From NCBI RefSeq assembly GCF_009914755.1, contig NC_060934.1: a stretch of 64,000 nucleotides of DNA. One strand, written 5' to 3'. Under the pieces are notes generated by a model. That model worked only from the letters and a program-made list of their open reading frames with translations. It had not been told where the DNA came from and did not search any database. Below are positions 44,687 through 64,000 of the stretch, one piece after another. Made by a program: the position numbers and the translations under genes. Numbering within the stretch: the stretch's first letter is position 1; every line of letters begins with the position of its first letter. The DNA comes from the human T2T-CHM13v2.0 reference genome, Homo sapiens.

Positions 44687-45666
44687 TCAGAGAGCCTCTA
44701 AACACAAGGTACATTTTCACGAAGAAAGACTATTGGCTTAAGTGTCAGAAAATTAGGATGTGAGTCCCAGCGCCACTCCACATCAACTGAACTTTGGCAA
44801 ATCCCTTTCCTTCCCATCTAAAAAGGGTGGCTGTGGAGTGCAGACAGGGGGATTCTGCACTTTCAGGGAAGGGCAGGGCTTGCTCACAGCCCAGGAGCTT
44901 GTTGGAGACAGAGTCAGCTCCTCCAGTTCTCCTCTCCCACCTGAGCCAAAGGCACCCTGGGAGGGCCCTGCCTTTGAGAACACAACTTAGCAAGAATACT
45001 GAAGGATGCTTAGGAAACTCTAAGTTTGCCACCCAGTGCTTCCTTAACTTAGAGCCTCCAAGAAAAGCAAACAACTGGGACAGTAGTGAGCAGAATACAA
45101 TCCCCTTGGAAACTGCGGTAGGCAGCTGTTAGCTGTGCTCAGGGGAAGGGGCCAGGCCAGGCTTAAGAGCATCTGAGCCTTCATGATCTACAGCCCTGAT
45201 GAGAAACACCCAGAAGGCAGGGCACCTATAGAGTTACAGGATCAAGGGGGTGGTGCAGATTCTTTCTCCAAGCCCCATGTCAACCTGGCATAAGGCTTGA
45301 GTCTACGATGAGCAAGCAAATGGCTACTGTGTTGTAGACTTTGTGCTACCAAGGAACCGGAGAGGCAAACAACTAAATTAAAGACCAACATGCAATGAGG
45401 GCGAACACTGGGTTACAATGTGCTGAAGGACCAGGAGGAGGGGAAAACTTCAAATTGGGGGTGGGGTGGCAGTGCCAGGCAGTCAAGGAGACTGGTGGTG
45501 GAGAAAGGTGCTGGTGTATGGGGCCGCAGAGCTGCGGCAAAGGCCCGGTTTCCAGGTGTCAGGCTTGAGTGCTGGGTCTCAGCCCTATTGTCAGGCAGAC
45601 TTGCTCTTCTCTTGGCCTTGGGCTTTCTTCCAGTCTTCTGTGTACCTCCCTCTGGCCCCATTCTAA

Positions 45667-46142
<476 letters not shown>

Positions 46143-47178
46143 CTCTCACCCTTCTTTATCTTAAAGACTTATGTAATATTTATTTCCCTCCATCTCCAAT
46201 CCCTGTCCCTTCTGAAAAGAGAAACAGTTAATCTTAGAGGCAAAAAATGGGTATATACTCTAATGATGCCAATCTGTACAAGAGCAGGAGGTGAGAGAGC
46301 AAAGGGCTACTGGGAAGCAGAGCTCTGGCCTGGAAACAGCAGCCAGACTTGGAATCCCTGTGTGGGCCTGACTGGTGTGTGCCCCGGGGCAGGTTGCTGG
46401 CCCTCTCGAACCCCAGCCCCTTACCAGCTCTCACCCCAAGCCTGCAGGGTCTTCCTGCGGAATCAGAAAGGCTCGAGCAAAGCTCAGCAGTCAGTGCTGG
46501 TCTCACGGAAGAGGCAGGGAAGCCAGACATTGGGGAGAGTTCCCCTCGTGCTCCCTCTCCCCCAGGCCAGCACAGCCCCATAAAGCCATGTTTTGTCGAG
46601 TGGCGGGGATGAGGCATGGTGCAGAGCAAGGCTCTGCTGGTGGACTCGACAGCAAGCGAGGTCACCTTGGTCTTCTGACTTGTCAAAGGGCTTAATATCC
46701 ACACCCCACGGGTGGGTAGAGATACTTGACACATATGATGCCTGGCACAGGGGCTCAGCAGGCATTGATGGCCACCTCCCAAGGACAGTAGGACACTCTG
46801 CTCTGCCCAGCGCCCAGCCAGTACCTGCTCCTGTCAGCCCTGGTGTCACACACAGGGGTCAGGATCAGTGTGGCTGACTACAAAGTCAAGGGCTAGAAAA
46901 ATTCTTACATGCCCAGGGTTGCTCTTTGCTTCGTGGACCAAAAACCATCTGTGCTGACAGAGGGAAGTCATCCAACAGATGTAAACGGGGATGCAGGATG
47001 CTACAGTCAGGATTTGGAGATAAAAGATCCAGCAGTTCCAATTCGTGTCTATTGACATTATTCTTGAAAAAATAAACGCTCTGCCACTCAGTTTTTTTCA
47101 TTCCCTTGGAAGCCTAGCCATGGTCTATTTGTAAATAGTAAAGGCCTTTGATGCTGTTCATAGAAACATCAAACCTAC

Positions 47179-47311
47179 CACACACAGAGTCCTTCTGCCC
47201 GAAGTAGGCAGCGTCAAAGAGATGGTCAGCCGTCTTCTCAAAGGAGGCCAGCATCAGCACACTCTCCTTCATCTTGGCCAGGCCAAACCTAGTGATGCCC
47301 AGGACTTCACC
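47179..47311 (-). CDS. POLR3A: POLR3A coding exon 30 (133 nt)
   Basis: [44 protein letters not shown](G); conserved ASFE motif. Confidence 0.98.
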
Positions 47312-48342
47312 CTGCGTCAAGGGAGAAAGAGTCACGGTGGTACTCACACCAATGGCAAAAGCTCGAAACCAAAGCACGGTGCACCTTCAATACAATCAAC
47401 AAAAATCCTCCAAGACCCAACGTCAGGTGTGAAAGGCCCTGAGGAGCTATGGGTCCGCCCTCTGTGTCCCATTGAGGTGGTCAATCGTCGGCAACATGAA
47501 ACTTCACACTCGCATCCAGACGCCATCAGAACAAAGAAGAATTGAGAACTAGAATTCAGAGACTAACTTTAAAAAAGGGGAGTATTTCTGAAGAGATTTC
47601 TTATGGCTCAAAGAACTAAAAATAAAAGAATGTAAAAACCTCAAGTATGAAGAGAATTAATTAAATTTAGGTAATTCTACTCAAAGGAATATTGTGCCAT
47701 AATTTAAAAAGTATATTTATTAAAACCATGAAACAAGATGGAAAACATTTGTGATGTTAAACAAAAAGTCACAACAAAAACTGCATGCACACAGTTTCCT
47801 GCGACTAAAGCAAAAGATGCATAAAGAATAGGACTTCACAGAAGACATCGAACCGACAGCCTCAGGGTGGTAGGAAATGGGCCATTTCCCTCACCTGGTT
47901 TCTAAATAGTCTGTAATACTCTATCGACTTGTTTGGGGAAGCCTTATGAAAACCTGCTGCCCTAAGGCACAGCTAGAGGGAAATACGTTTTTTTTGGAAA
48001 AGAGAGAAAAAAAAAATCAAACCAACCAACCCACCTCAGCCTCCCGCCCCCAACTTCAGATCATGTTAACTTATTTTTTCCTGGGAATGGCTACAGAAGA
48101 GTGATGGATGGGTTTAATAAGAAAGAAACACCTCAACTTGCCATGGGACTCTCTGGGCTTTGGCAGTGGCTAATTTTGCTTTAGGATGACATTCAGGATG
48201 AGGACGGAACCAAGCTCCAGCTCTCTTCACTCCACCGACTGGGTATGAGTTTGCCATGAGGCTGTAACTCTCATACTGGGATTTCACCAGGACACTCAGC
48301 CTGACCAGCATACTTTGGTTTTTGAGCAATGTTCACATCTTA

Positions 48343-48597
<255 letters not shown>

Positions 48598-48780
48598 CTA
48601 CAGAGAGCCAGTAATGAGCAGAAGCAGCCCCTTCCGGGAGGCCACTGCAAATTCTCTCCACTTTCTCCTCTGCCCTGCAGTTTCAAAGCAAACCCTGTGC
48701 CGTTTTCCAGAAATGGATTGCTGGGCAATTTTCAGTTGCAGACCCACGGCAAATGGGATGGTCAGAGAAGTATGCTGGGA

Positions 48781-49362
<582 letters not shown>

Positions 49363-49642
49363 TCAGAGACAGAGAAAGCTGTGAGGACGGGGTGAGCCAT
49401 GCCCTGGGCTGATCACCTTGATCACCCCAGCTTTCAGCAGTGGTCATCTGTTAACACACTAGAGCTAGTTTTAGGGATAAGGGAGAACAGAAGTTGTTCA
49501 GGGGACTGCACCTCATCCTAACATCAGTTTTTTGATAGAACAGAGAGGAATCTAACAGACTAACTCCTTGGGGATAAGGCCAAGAAGAAATTAAGAAATC
49601 GGACTAAGTGACAAAGCCCTTAGGTCCCAGCCCTGGGTGTCA

Positions 49643-49879
<237 letters not shown>

Positions 49880-50906
49880 TTACTGATTCCAGTGTTGTTC
49901 TTCGTTTATTTCATTGTTGCCCCTCTAAGAAGTCCTTTTAGTCAGGTTTGTTCTAAGCACCCCCCACCCGCACCATGAAATTAATACCATAAATATGCTA
50001 CATATGTTTTATGTACTATATGTGTATATATATCTATGCTTTATTCATAAAAAGAGTAGTTTTTTTCACCCACGACAAAATATTTGCCCTTGAAAATTCA
50101 TGCTCAGTTCATGGCAACACACGCAGCCTCTGTGGGAAGCTCTAGGGAGGCTGGAGGTTGGAGGCCAGGCTAATTAAAAGCTTCCGTGGGGCCTCCCCTT
50201 TACCTGACACTTTCACAATGGTTCATGTGCTACGTTCCTGGATACAACTCATCTCTTCTGCAAAGGAGCCACAAGGCAGGCAGCAAGAGACAGGCTAGAG
50301 AAATCCCCAAACTGGAGAGCAGGTTGCTGCATTTGAGTCAACTGTTATATGGGTAACATATGAACTTGATGCGTGAGAGAACGAGCTGACAGAATGTGTT
50401 TTAAGGGCTAGTACAGCTTTAACTACCCGAGAGAAAGAAGAGGGTGTCGGGAAGTTACTCAGTTTGTACCCCAAGTTGGTCTGTTTGTGAGAAAGGCTGA
50501 TCATCTTTCAACTGTTGCCTATTACCCATGCATGCCAGTTTAAGAAGCCAGGTTAATCTCCCCATCTAAACACATTTACTGAACTTCCTAGGCTAGCTGC
50601 CATGCTGGGTGCTGGGGATCCACAGATGAGTAAGACACAGCCAGCCCTAGGGTCCTTCCAGACACTGGGAAGAGGGACAACAAGACCACTTATCATAATA
50701 CCGTGTCACAGTGAACTGGTATTGCGGTCTGCACAAAATTTCAACTAATTTTCTGTGTGTCTTTAGATGGGTATATTTGTATCAAGGTCAGGTTTAGAAA
50801 GAAAATGTGAGGGGACAACAGAATCACAAAAACCAGAAACCACACAGAAGGTTCTGCAATGCTTCCTCTGTCTTGCTTAGCTCTTGCCCTAGTTTATCAG
50901 TACCTA

Positions 50907-51074
<168 letters not shown>

Positions 51075-51224
51075 TTAATCAGCCGCTTTCCCCTTTCCTA
51101 AGAGCACACGACTGCTTGCTTTTTTGAAGAGCTTGAGTAGTGTGGACGCCACAGGCTGGTCAATAGATGGCAGCTGATTTTTACACTTCCTTGCAACATT
51201 GCTGAGCTAGTTTTCTTGTTATCA

Positions 51225-51392
<168 letters not shown>

Positions 51393-51458
51393 CTACTGCT
51401 TTGTTAAACCCAAGTGCTATTTAGAATCATAATGTTACTAGCAACCCCAGTTTACTGA

Positions 51459-51679
51459 GCAAGCTCTGCCTCCCAGGTTCATGCCATTCTCCTGCCTCAG
51501 CCTCTGGAGTAGCTGGGACTACAGGCGCTCGCCACCACGCCCAGCTAATTTTTTGTATTTTTAGTAGAGACGGGGTTTCACCATGTTAGCCAGGATGTCT
51601 TGATCTCCTGACCTCGTGATCTGCCCGCCTCAGCCTCCCAAAGTGCTGGGATTACAGGCGTGAGCCATTGCGCCCAGCC
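51459..51679 (-). mobile_element. AluY-like lacking its 3' end and tail (intron 24)
   Basis: Starts abruptly at gcaagctctgcctcccagg. Confidence 0.88.
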
Positions 51680-52158
51680 GACTATCTTTCATTCAATGCT
51701 ACGTATTATCATTTTGTTAAATATAGGTCATAGGTAAAAATCATTATTTTTGTCATCGAAGGCATTGTAATACATTTCTATTTCTTCTAGCCTTAGATCA
51801 ACTAGAAATCCCATCATGAAATCACCAGGGGCTCACAGAATATGACCACAGGGCAAGTGGCAGACATTTCAGTCAGGCCTAGTTAGGCTGGAATAATGAC
51901 ATCAAAAGGATGAAATCTCCACTGACACATTGCTCCAATTTTTCCAGTCATTTTAAACATTTTCTCTCTTCATGTTACTTGTGGCCATAACAAAACCATT
52001 GCTTCTATTTTGACTGTATCCAGTTTAGACTTTTTCTTGAGTGGCTTTTTTAAAAACCAAAATAGGATTAACACAGCAAGCATGCCACCCAGAGTTTAAG
52101 ACACAGTCCTATGAGGATATCACACATATGCATGTGACACGGGGATCATTGTTTCTCA

Positions 52159-52455
<297 letters not shown>

Positions 52456-52939
52456 TTATCACCTTTCAACAGAGAATATAGATGCTATTAGGGTCGGAAA
52501 GGGTATGTCTGTGACAGAGAAAAAGCCTGGCATAGACCAGAAATAGGTGCAGACAGGGGAAAGTAAAGGTCAGAGAGGGGGCAGCAGTGCAACTCAATTC
52601 TGCATGGCTGCTTGTGGTCAGCATGTAATGGATGCAGAAAATCTAAGCAGTCTGCTAACCAATGGTACTGATGGCAAACAGAGCAGTGGCATCTGCCATA
52701 TTCGTTAGCAGTTTCCCCATGGGGAGAAGACACTAAGAAATTTCCTTGCAATTATTTCCGTTATCTTGGAGCATTCAGACTGGCAATTCATCAGACCCCC
52801 TACAGAAAATGTGACAGAATCTGATCAAATACTGGCAGTTAACAAGTGAGCTGGTGCAGGGTTTTGTACACATGGGGAAACAGAAGGGATACGTGAGACC
52901 TATGTGGATGACCGTCAGTCCAAGACAAAAGCATCCCTA

Positions 52940-53050
<111 letters not shown>

Positions 53051-53110
53051 TTAGGGCCAGCGGCAACTACAAACAGCTCGGGGTTCTAACGCGTCTTGGA
53101 GGGATATTAC

Positions 53111-53197
53111 CTCTGTTGTGCCGTTATCATTGATGCCATATTTATCTCTGGTTTTCTTGATCTTCTCAGAGACCCCCTTAATGAATTTTTTTATTTC
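53111..53197 (-). CDS. POLR3A: POLR3A coding exon 22 (87 nt)
   Basis: [29 protein letters not shown]; tttcag acceptor, gtaata donor. Confidence 0.96.
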
Positions 53198-55277
53198 CTG
53201 AAAGATTACACAGCAAACATCATTTGTAAGTTTCACAGTCATGCAGATGACATAATTCATTTCATAAACCTCAGTTGTATATGACAAGTCCATCATATTT
53301 TAGTGTTAGCTCCATATATAGTATAAAGGACCCAATCTGGATACTGCTTCTACTACAAAGTGGTTTTCCAAGGAACACACCACACTGTCCATACCCCAGA
53401 CACACACTCCATTGGTTAATGTGTCTCTAAGACCTTCTCCTCCAACTGCTCTCATGGCACTATCTACAGAGCCCACAAAGTGCGTGGGAGCCTTTGTTCT
53501 TGCTCTCCCACGTGCCACGAGGGCTATAAGAACACAGCTCAAGACAGGTACGACTGAAGCATTTATACTGTTCTTCTACAGATTAATTTTTGAGGGTTTC
53601 TTCTGAAGGTATTATGCTCAGTTTAAATACTACCAACTAAAGCATAGCTTTGTTGACAGTAAATGCATTTCAAACACACTTTGAGCTTACCTTCATTTCA
53701 AAGAAAACACTCCCCAAACCCAGCTTATCTTTTCCCCTCTGGTAACCACCTCTCCCCACAGGCCTAGGCCTACACTGTCTTCCCACACACAATTAGAAGT
53801 CTGTAAGGATTCCTGGAAACCATTGTCAAAGCCAGATGTGAAGCATCAGTATATGCTGCGATTCCCACTGTATTTAAGAACAGCACTCTCAGCCCCGGGA
53901 GGATGACCAAGTAGAGCAAGAAGAAGGTGAAAAATACACAGGTGGAAGATCAGAGCAGGGCTAGAGACTACAGCCCTGACTCAGGTTTTCTGGCAACCAC
54001 TCAAATGGGTAAAACTATCTGTTTTAGGATTTACAGTGTGTCTGTGAAATAGACCCAGCCCACCACCACTCCTAAAGCCAGGATCAGCCAGCACCTTCCC
54101 CTGGAGAGTGCTCACAGGGAAGGAGCACTTACAGAGGAGCGGTTAACATCCTGCTCACAGTGGGTCAATCATCACGGACTACAGACTGGCTCTTAAAGCA
54201 ATTCTCAGGGTGAGCTGATGGCACCTGCCATGTAGTAGCAACCATCCTCCAGAGGCCATTATCCTGCCATCCCGGGAGCTGGCATCGGCTGCTCTGGTGT
54301 GGCCTAGGGATGATATAGTCTCTGAGAATATGGGGAAGAGGAGATAGACTGCCCCTCCTTTGTAGCAGCAAGGAAATCACAGTGGCGGTAAGCTTGAATG
54401 GCACTCTGGCCAAATGCAGGCATTCAGCTGCTCTGTGTGTCTGGATGAGTACAGATGCCCACACATGGAGGACAAGCAGCTTGAGGGCAGACTGCGTACT
54501 GTGGTGGCCGAGAAGCCTCATGAGGTTCTGTTTCTTGATTCTGGGGTAGGCTGAGGGTCCCCCAGAGAGAAGGCCAGCATGCCCTGCCCAAAGTCCACTC
54601 AGCCTATTACATGGCTGAAAATGCCTAAGCCTGAACCAGGAGCCCATTTCTGCAAAAATAAAATCCTATAAGGTATCCACAGACAGCTTAAGACTTCCTA
54701 GCCCCATTCTATCCTAACCTTGCAAAAAGAAATCTCATTAGCCTCCTAACTAGCCATTTCTAGTTACTACCCTTTCTACAAGCAAACTGCTAGAACTTTA
54801 TGTTCCTGTTAAAATAGCCTTAGCATCTGTGTCCACATGGTCTTATGCCTTTCCCAGCCAGCTGCTGCCCAGCTTGGCAAGACCTCACTGTGAGGTGGCA
54901 TGGCTTTAGCCCCACCACCCTAGAGCAGAAGGCACTGAAGGCCTGAATGAGGTCAGCGCTTGGCCAAGGCAACCAACCACTCCACGAAGTCAGATGCTTT
55001 CTTCAAAGTCTTTTCTCTGAACAGGGGTTTCTTCGATGTAATCTTTGCCTACTGGGAAATTCCGTCTGTCTCCCAGGAGCCCAGGCAGCCAAGGGGCTAC
55101 CTCGGGGGCCCAACACATCCTGGCTGTCAGTTCCCATGAATACTGCTTTCTCATGACTCTCTGTGTTGGCCCACTCTCTTTCTTCCCACTGAGAAAGTGC
55201 AGAGGCCCACGGAGGGTGACCCTGCAGCCCAATCATTGTTCTACATAGAAAGGGCTTTTTATTTAAGAAGTTTTACC

Positions 55278-55548
55278 AGCTGGGTGCGGTAGCTCATGCC
55301 TGTAATCCCAGCACTTTGGGAGGCTGAGGCAGGTGGATCACCTGAGGTCAGGAGTTGGAGACCAGCCTGGCCAACAAGGTGAAACCCCGTCTCTACTAAA
55401 AATACAAAAATTAGCTGGGCATGGTGGCACGCACCTGTAGTCCCAGCTATTTGGGAGGCTGAGGCAGGAGAATCACTTGAACCCAGGAGGCAGAGGTTGC
55501 AGTGAGCCGAGATTGTGAGACTCTGTCTCAGGAAAAAAAAAACAAAAA
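55278..55548 (+). mobile_element. AluS in intron 21, antisense to the gene, with 3' internal deletion
   Basis: gagccgagattgtgagactctgtctc junction. Confidence 0.88.
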
Positions 55549-57655
55549 AACTTTTATTAATTCGCAAGAACTTTAGAGTTCTCAAGAAACTCTTTTTAAA
55601 GAGAAACTCTCCTGATTCCTTGTTATTAATGATGAGTCTGACACTGTGTTTTCAGATACAGTTACCTTTTGCAAACCAGAGATGAAAAATAAAGCTGTAG
55701 AGGGCAGTGGGACAACCTCTTCTGGCATGGCTCTAACAGAATATTCAAAGGCATTTGCACTTGCTGCCACTGAATTTTTCCTCTATATATTCAGTATAAG
55801 AGGGGGCTTTGCCTGGCAGTGGCTGGGTCCTTTTGAGAAAGGTCCCGAAAGCCCTCTTGGCCCAGATGTTGCCATTTGATCACCAGTTGTTAAAAGCTGC
55901 CTTACCTGTTGGCACAGGAAAAACAGGAGCAGAACCTAAGGCCAAGCCTTAGACCCAGAAGGTTTTCATCTGCAAGGGACTGTGCACACATAGGGAGTAA
56001 AATTAACACACCTAAAACAATCTGCCGGCTTAGGCACTGGGAATGACATAGCTCAGCTTTCACCCCAATGGACACATTTCCCGTGGGTTTGCTGAATGAC
56101 TTTCCCTACACAAAGGTTCTGGAAATTAGGTTTAAAAATAAAAAAAGAAAAACAGCTCACTTTTTGGAAATGAAAACTGAAACAATCTGCTAAAAATTCA
56201 CACTGAGTCAACCCATGCATACTAGAGGGAACGAACTCACAACATGGCTATTGGCAGGCAATTCATCACACGATTAACCAGAAGTTAGTGTCTCATGCTC
56301 CACAGCAGGCCTATGAGCACGGGCATTCTCCTCTGGCAGGGACCTGGGCTCAATGCCACTCAGGAGTGCCTCTGTCACCTCAGCTCTGATACGGGCTAGG
56401 GCTGGAGAACATTTCACGGGCTCAGACACATCTGTTCTGGCCAGTGGATTTTGGACCCTCTCAGCAAATCTGAGCTCATCGGATTGTGAGCTGCCGGTGG
56501 CAAGGACATGTTTAGTCATCCTTGCATCCCCAGGATCTGTGGACTGTGTGACATATGGTGAGGGCTAAACCAGTGCTCACTGAATAAACAAATGCTGCCG
56601 GGTAGGAGGTCACCTGTGTTAAACCTTTTCAAGGGCAAGAAAGGAACCAGTCCAAAGCAAAGCAGTGTTTGCCAGAACCGGGACAGAAACCTGCTCTCTC
56701 TGGCGCTGGCAAATGCTGGGGTGCTGCTGGAGTGGGCCCTTTCTGTTGGCGTTCACAGCATGCTAAGTACGTTACCTCGTTATAGCTTTCATAACCTGTC
56801 TCAGTTAAGGTCTTTGAGGACAAACAGATAAATACGTAAACATGAGCGTGAAGAAAAACCAAATTACAACTCTAATTTGTTAGTTAAAAAAAAAGAATAA
56901 GAAAGCCTTTGGAGGAGAAAAACAGACAAAGGCACCCAGCCTTGCCACACTCTTGATTTTAAAATCTGGAAGAGTCTCTTTTTCACCTTTCACACCTTGA
57001 CACATGAACACAAGAAGCGAGGAGCTTCCTTAACACAAATATTCTTATTTAAGCTTCACTCGCTGTTTTTATTTTTGATCTACGGAAAGAGATACATTCT
57101 TCTTTGGCCTGCTGATCTTGTGCTACATTTGAATTACTATTTAGTACACAAAGGAAACCATTTACTGATTTCTGTATCCCTTTGCTTTTGATCCTAACCA
57201 TGATTATAAACATGAAGGAGCTGCCTGAGCAGGTCAGAACCATAAAAAAAAAACAAAAAACAAACGAACCAAAAAACCTTAAGAGGGTATCAAAGTAACA
57301 GCTCCCTGGAAGAATAGAAAAGGCTGATTCAATGGATTTTTGATCCACAATACAGCAAAAGAAAGAGCAGTTTAAAATAAATGGTATCAAAACAAGACTA
57401 CTAGTACTAATAATTATTGGGATTCAGAATGATTGAGGGAAGAGTTGGCTCACAAGATAGAGTAGGTAGTAGGCTGGTGTTAGGGACAGCGCTCAAACAA
57501 AATCAGCATTTTTCTTCTAACAGGGGAAAAAAACATTTTTCTTCTAATAGGGAAATGGCTTGAGTGAAAGACATAAACTAAGAAAGTCATGAGATAAATT
57601 CTGCTTGTTGGCTGGTGAGATTTTGCCTTGGCCATTTTTGAATGACTGCCTGTCA

Positions 57656-60052
<2,397 letters not shown>

Positions 60053-60182
60053 CTTCCCTTTTAATATCGGAAAATTATACAGAGTAACACAAAGAAAAAA
60101 GATACTAATCCAGTGCTTGGGATTATAAATACTGAAGTATTTATTAACTGCAATTGATAGTCCAAACAGTACTTCCGTCCTA

Positions 60183-60404
<222 letters not shown>

Positions 60405-61597
60405 CTAAAGGAAAAGGAGGAAAAAGCTCAGCTGCTTTGAGAAGACTAGTCACATGGGGAGAGGATAAGATTTGCAACTCAAGAGTCTCAAGGTTACAAG
60501 CACTTTAATCACATAAAAATACTTTATTAGAAACCCTTTAAAAAGAGTCCTCTCACCCCAAGAACAAGAGCAAGAATGCCTTACTAGCCTGTGCAGTGGG
60601 ATTTGGAATATGCTCCAACCTCCAACATTTTAGTGTATTTTAGAACACATGCAATTTAAACCGCATCACCCACAAAGGACTCTGCAACTGCTGTTTTCCT
60701 AGGCTGTTTTACCTTCCTTCTCTTTCTCCCTAAGGTATAAATTAATGCAATAGCTTTGCATTTCTAAACAGAACTTAAGCCAGGACCCCTGCAGACTTCA
60801 ATATGAATTACGGAGGATCAGGTGCAGGCCCTCTTCTGGGACAGAGGGGGAAGAAGAGAGAACAGGGACAGTATTGTGTCTGAACCAGCAGGCAGCAATG
60901 ACTTCTCAAATCTGCTTAGGGAGAACCGTCCACCAGCTGAACACTCCAGCCAGCAATGCTATGGTGGCTCAGTGAATTAAAGAGAAGGAAATCTTCCTCT
61001 AGGCAACTTCAAAACAAAAAATCCCTTATGCCAGAACTAATTTAGTTTACATTAACACACTGCTCTGGCAAAGTCATACTCTCTAATTCAAAAAGTAAAG
61101 ACAAAAAAATTAAGTAAAAACACACATTATGACAAGAGTGGTAAAAGTATTTCACAGTCTATTGGGTTTCTGACAAAAGCAGCATGCTCCCACACTGAAG
61201 GGCAATTTCCCATTGAAAGATGATTAATTGTATTCCATGGATGACACACACAAAAAAGACGATTAAAGGTATCAGATGATACACGAGCTACAGGAGAGAT
61301 GATGGAAATAGGCGTCTACTGACTTGGAAATAGGTGTCCACTGTCACACTAATCACAGTGTTTGTTCTGGCCCACTCGTTCACATCTCTGGTTTATCTAC
61401 CCTGGTTTTCCAGCTTGCAAAGGGCCATGCTTCCATAGTAGGGAGAGAGAAGACACAAAGCCACAGCAAGTTCATGGCCCAGCAACTTGTAGTGTTGACT
61501 TTATCTGGTGTTTTAAGTAGTTAAAAACATTACTTAAAAAAAAAAAAAAAGCAGAAGACTCAGTAGCCAATGCGATCAACTGGAAGAAAGGGTATCA

Positions 61598-62257
61598 GTG
61601 ATGGAAGACGTAATGAATGAAATGAAGCCAGAAGAGAAGTTTAGAGAAAAAAGAATAAAAAGAAATGAACAAAGCCTTGAAGAAATATGGGACTATGTGA
61701 AAAGACCAAATCTACGTCTGATTGGTGTACCTGAAAGTGACGGGGAGAAGGGAACCAAGTTGGAAAACACTCTGCAGGATGTTATCCAGGAGAACTTCCC
61801 CAATCTAGCAAGGTGGGCCAACATTCAAATTCAGGAAATACAGAGAACACCACAAAGATACTCCTCGAGAAGAGCAACTCCAAGACACATAATTGTCAGA
61901 TTCACCAAAGTTGAAATGAAGGAAAAAATGTTAAGGGCAGCCAGAGAGAAAGGTCGGGTTACCCACAAAGGGAAGCCCATCAGACTAACAGCGGATCTCT
62001 CGGCAGAAACTCTACAAGCCAGAAGAGAGTGGGGACCAATATTCAACATTCTTAAAGAAAAGAATTTTCAAAACAGAATTTCATATCCAGCCAAACTAAG
62101 CTTCATAAGTGAAGGAGAAATAAAATACTTTACAGACAAGCAAATGCTGAGAGATTTTGTCACCACCAGGCCTGCCCTAAAAGAGCTCCTGAAGGAAGCA
62201 CTAAACATGGAAAGGAATAACCGGTACCAGCCACTGCAAAAACATGCCAAATTGTAA
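61598..62257 (+). pseudogene. L1 ORF1p remnant (open, but lacks N-terminus and promoter)
   Basis: 219-aa ORF with KRPNLRLIGVPE, ARREW and YPAKLS motifs. Confidence 0.93.
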
Positions 62258-62320
62258 AGACCATCAAGGCTAGGAAGAAACTGCATCAACTAACAAGCAA
62301 AATAACCAGCTAACATCATA

Positions 62321-64000
<1,680 letters not shown>

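Noticed and set aside
46234-46849. Overlapping 90-180 aa ORFs in POLR3A intron 30
   Set aside because: GC-rich intron is open in several frames on both strands, as expected by chance; no protein similarity recognised.
47114-47178. Exon 30 frame continues 20 codons into intron 30 (RFDVSM...DHG*)
   Set aside because: Ordinary read-through length; a canonical donor is present and there is no nearby strong poly(A) evidence.
47342-47530. CpG-richer patch and gtgagt donor-like motif upstream of exon 30 as a possible poison exon
   Set aside because: The donor is only about 36 nt from the exon 30 acceptor, too short for an intron, and no convincing acceptor was found.

Overview
Primate, almost certainly human, genomic DNA. 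The right third holds the 3' half of POLR3A (RPC1, largest RNA polymerase III subunit) on the minus strand. I read 12 GT-AG coding exons by hand (exons 20-31 in the usual numbering, 60404 down to the TAG at 44516-44518). They splice into one continuous frame. A 3' UTR of about 2.3 kb follows, and a dead 5'-truncated L1PA starts at 61551 in the next intron. The left ~42 kb is very Alu-dense intergenic DNA with old L1, MIR, L2, LTR and hAT relics. From recollection, this is the 10q22.3 interval between DLG5 and POLR3A. Almost all ORFs in the supplied track are Alu or random translations. The most striking structures are: (1) a three-level nested insertion, where a 7SL pseudogene is split by a full-length H2A.Z.1 retrocopy that itself carries an Alu, with both inner TSDs readable; (2) a cluster of three RFX X-boxes at 34784-34845 with a perfect CRE nearby; (3) a candidate downstream alternative last exon of POLR3A; (4) a triplicated target site shared by two Alus; (5) a Charlie3/MER1 element with a perfect 8-bp TSD and a transposase remnant. 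I found no well-supported novel multi-gene system. Repeat boundaries and subfamily names are by eye and approximate.
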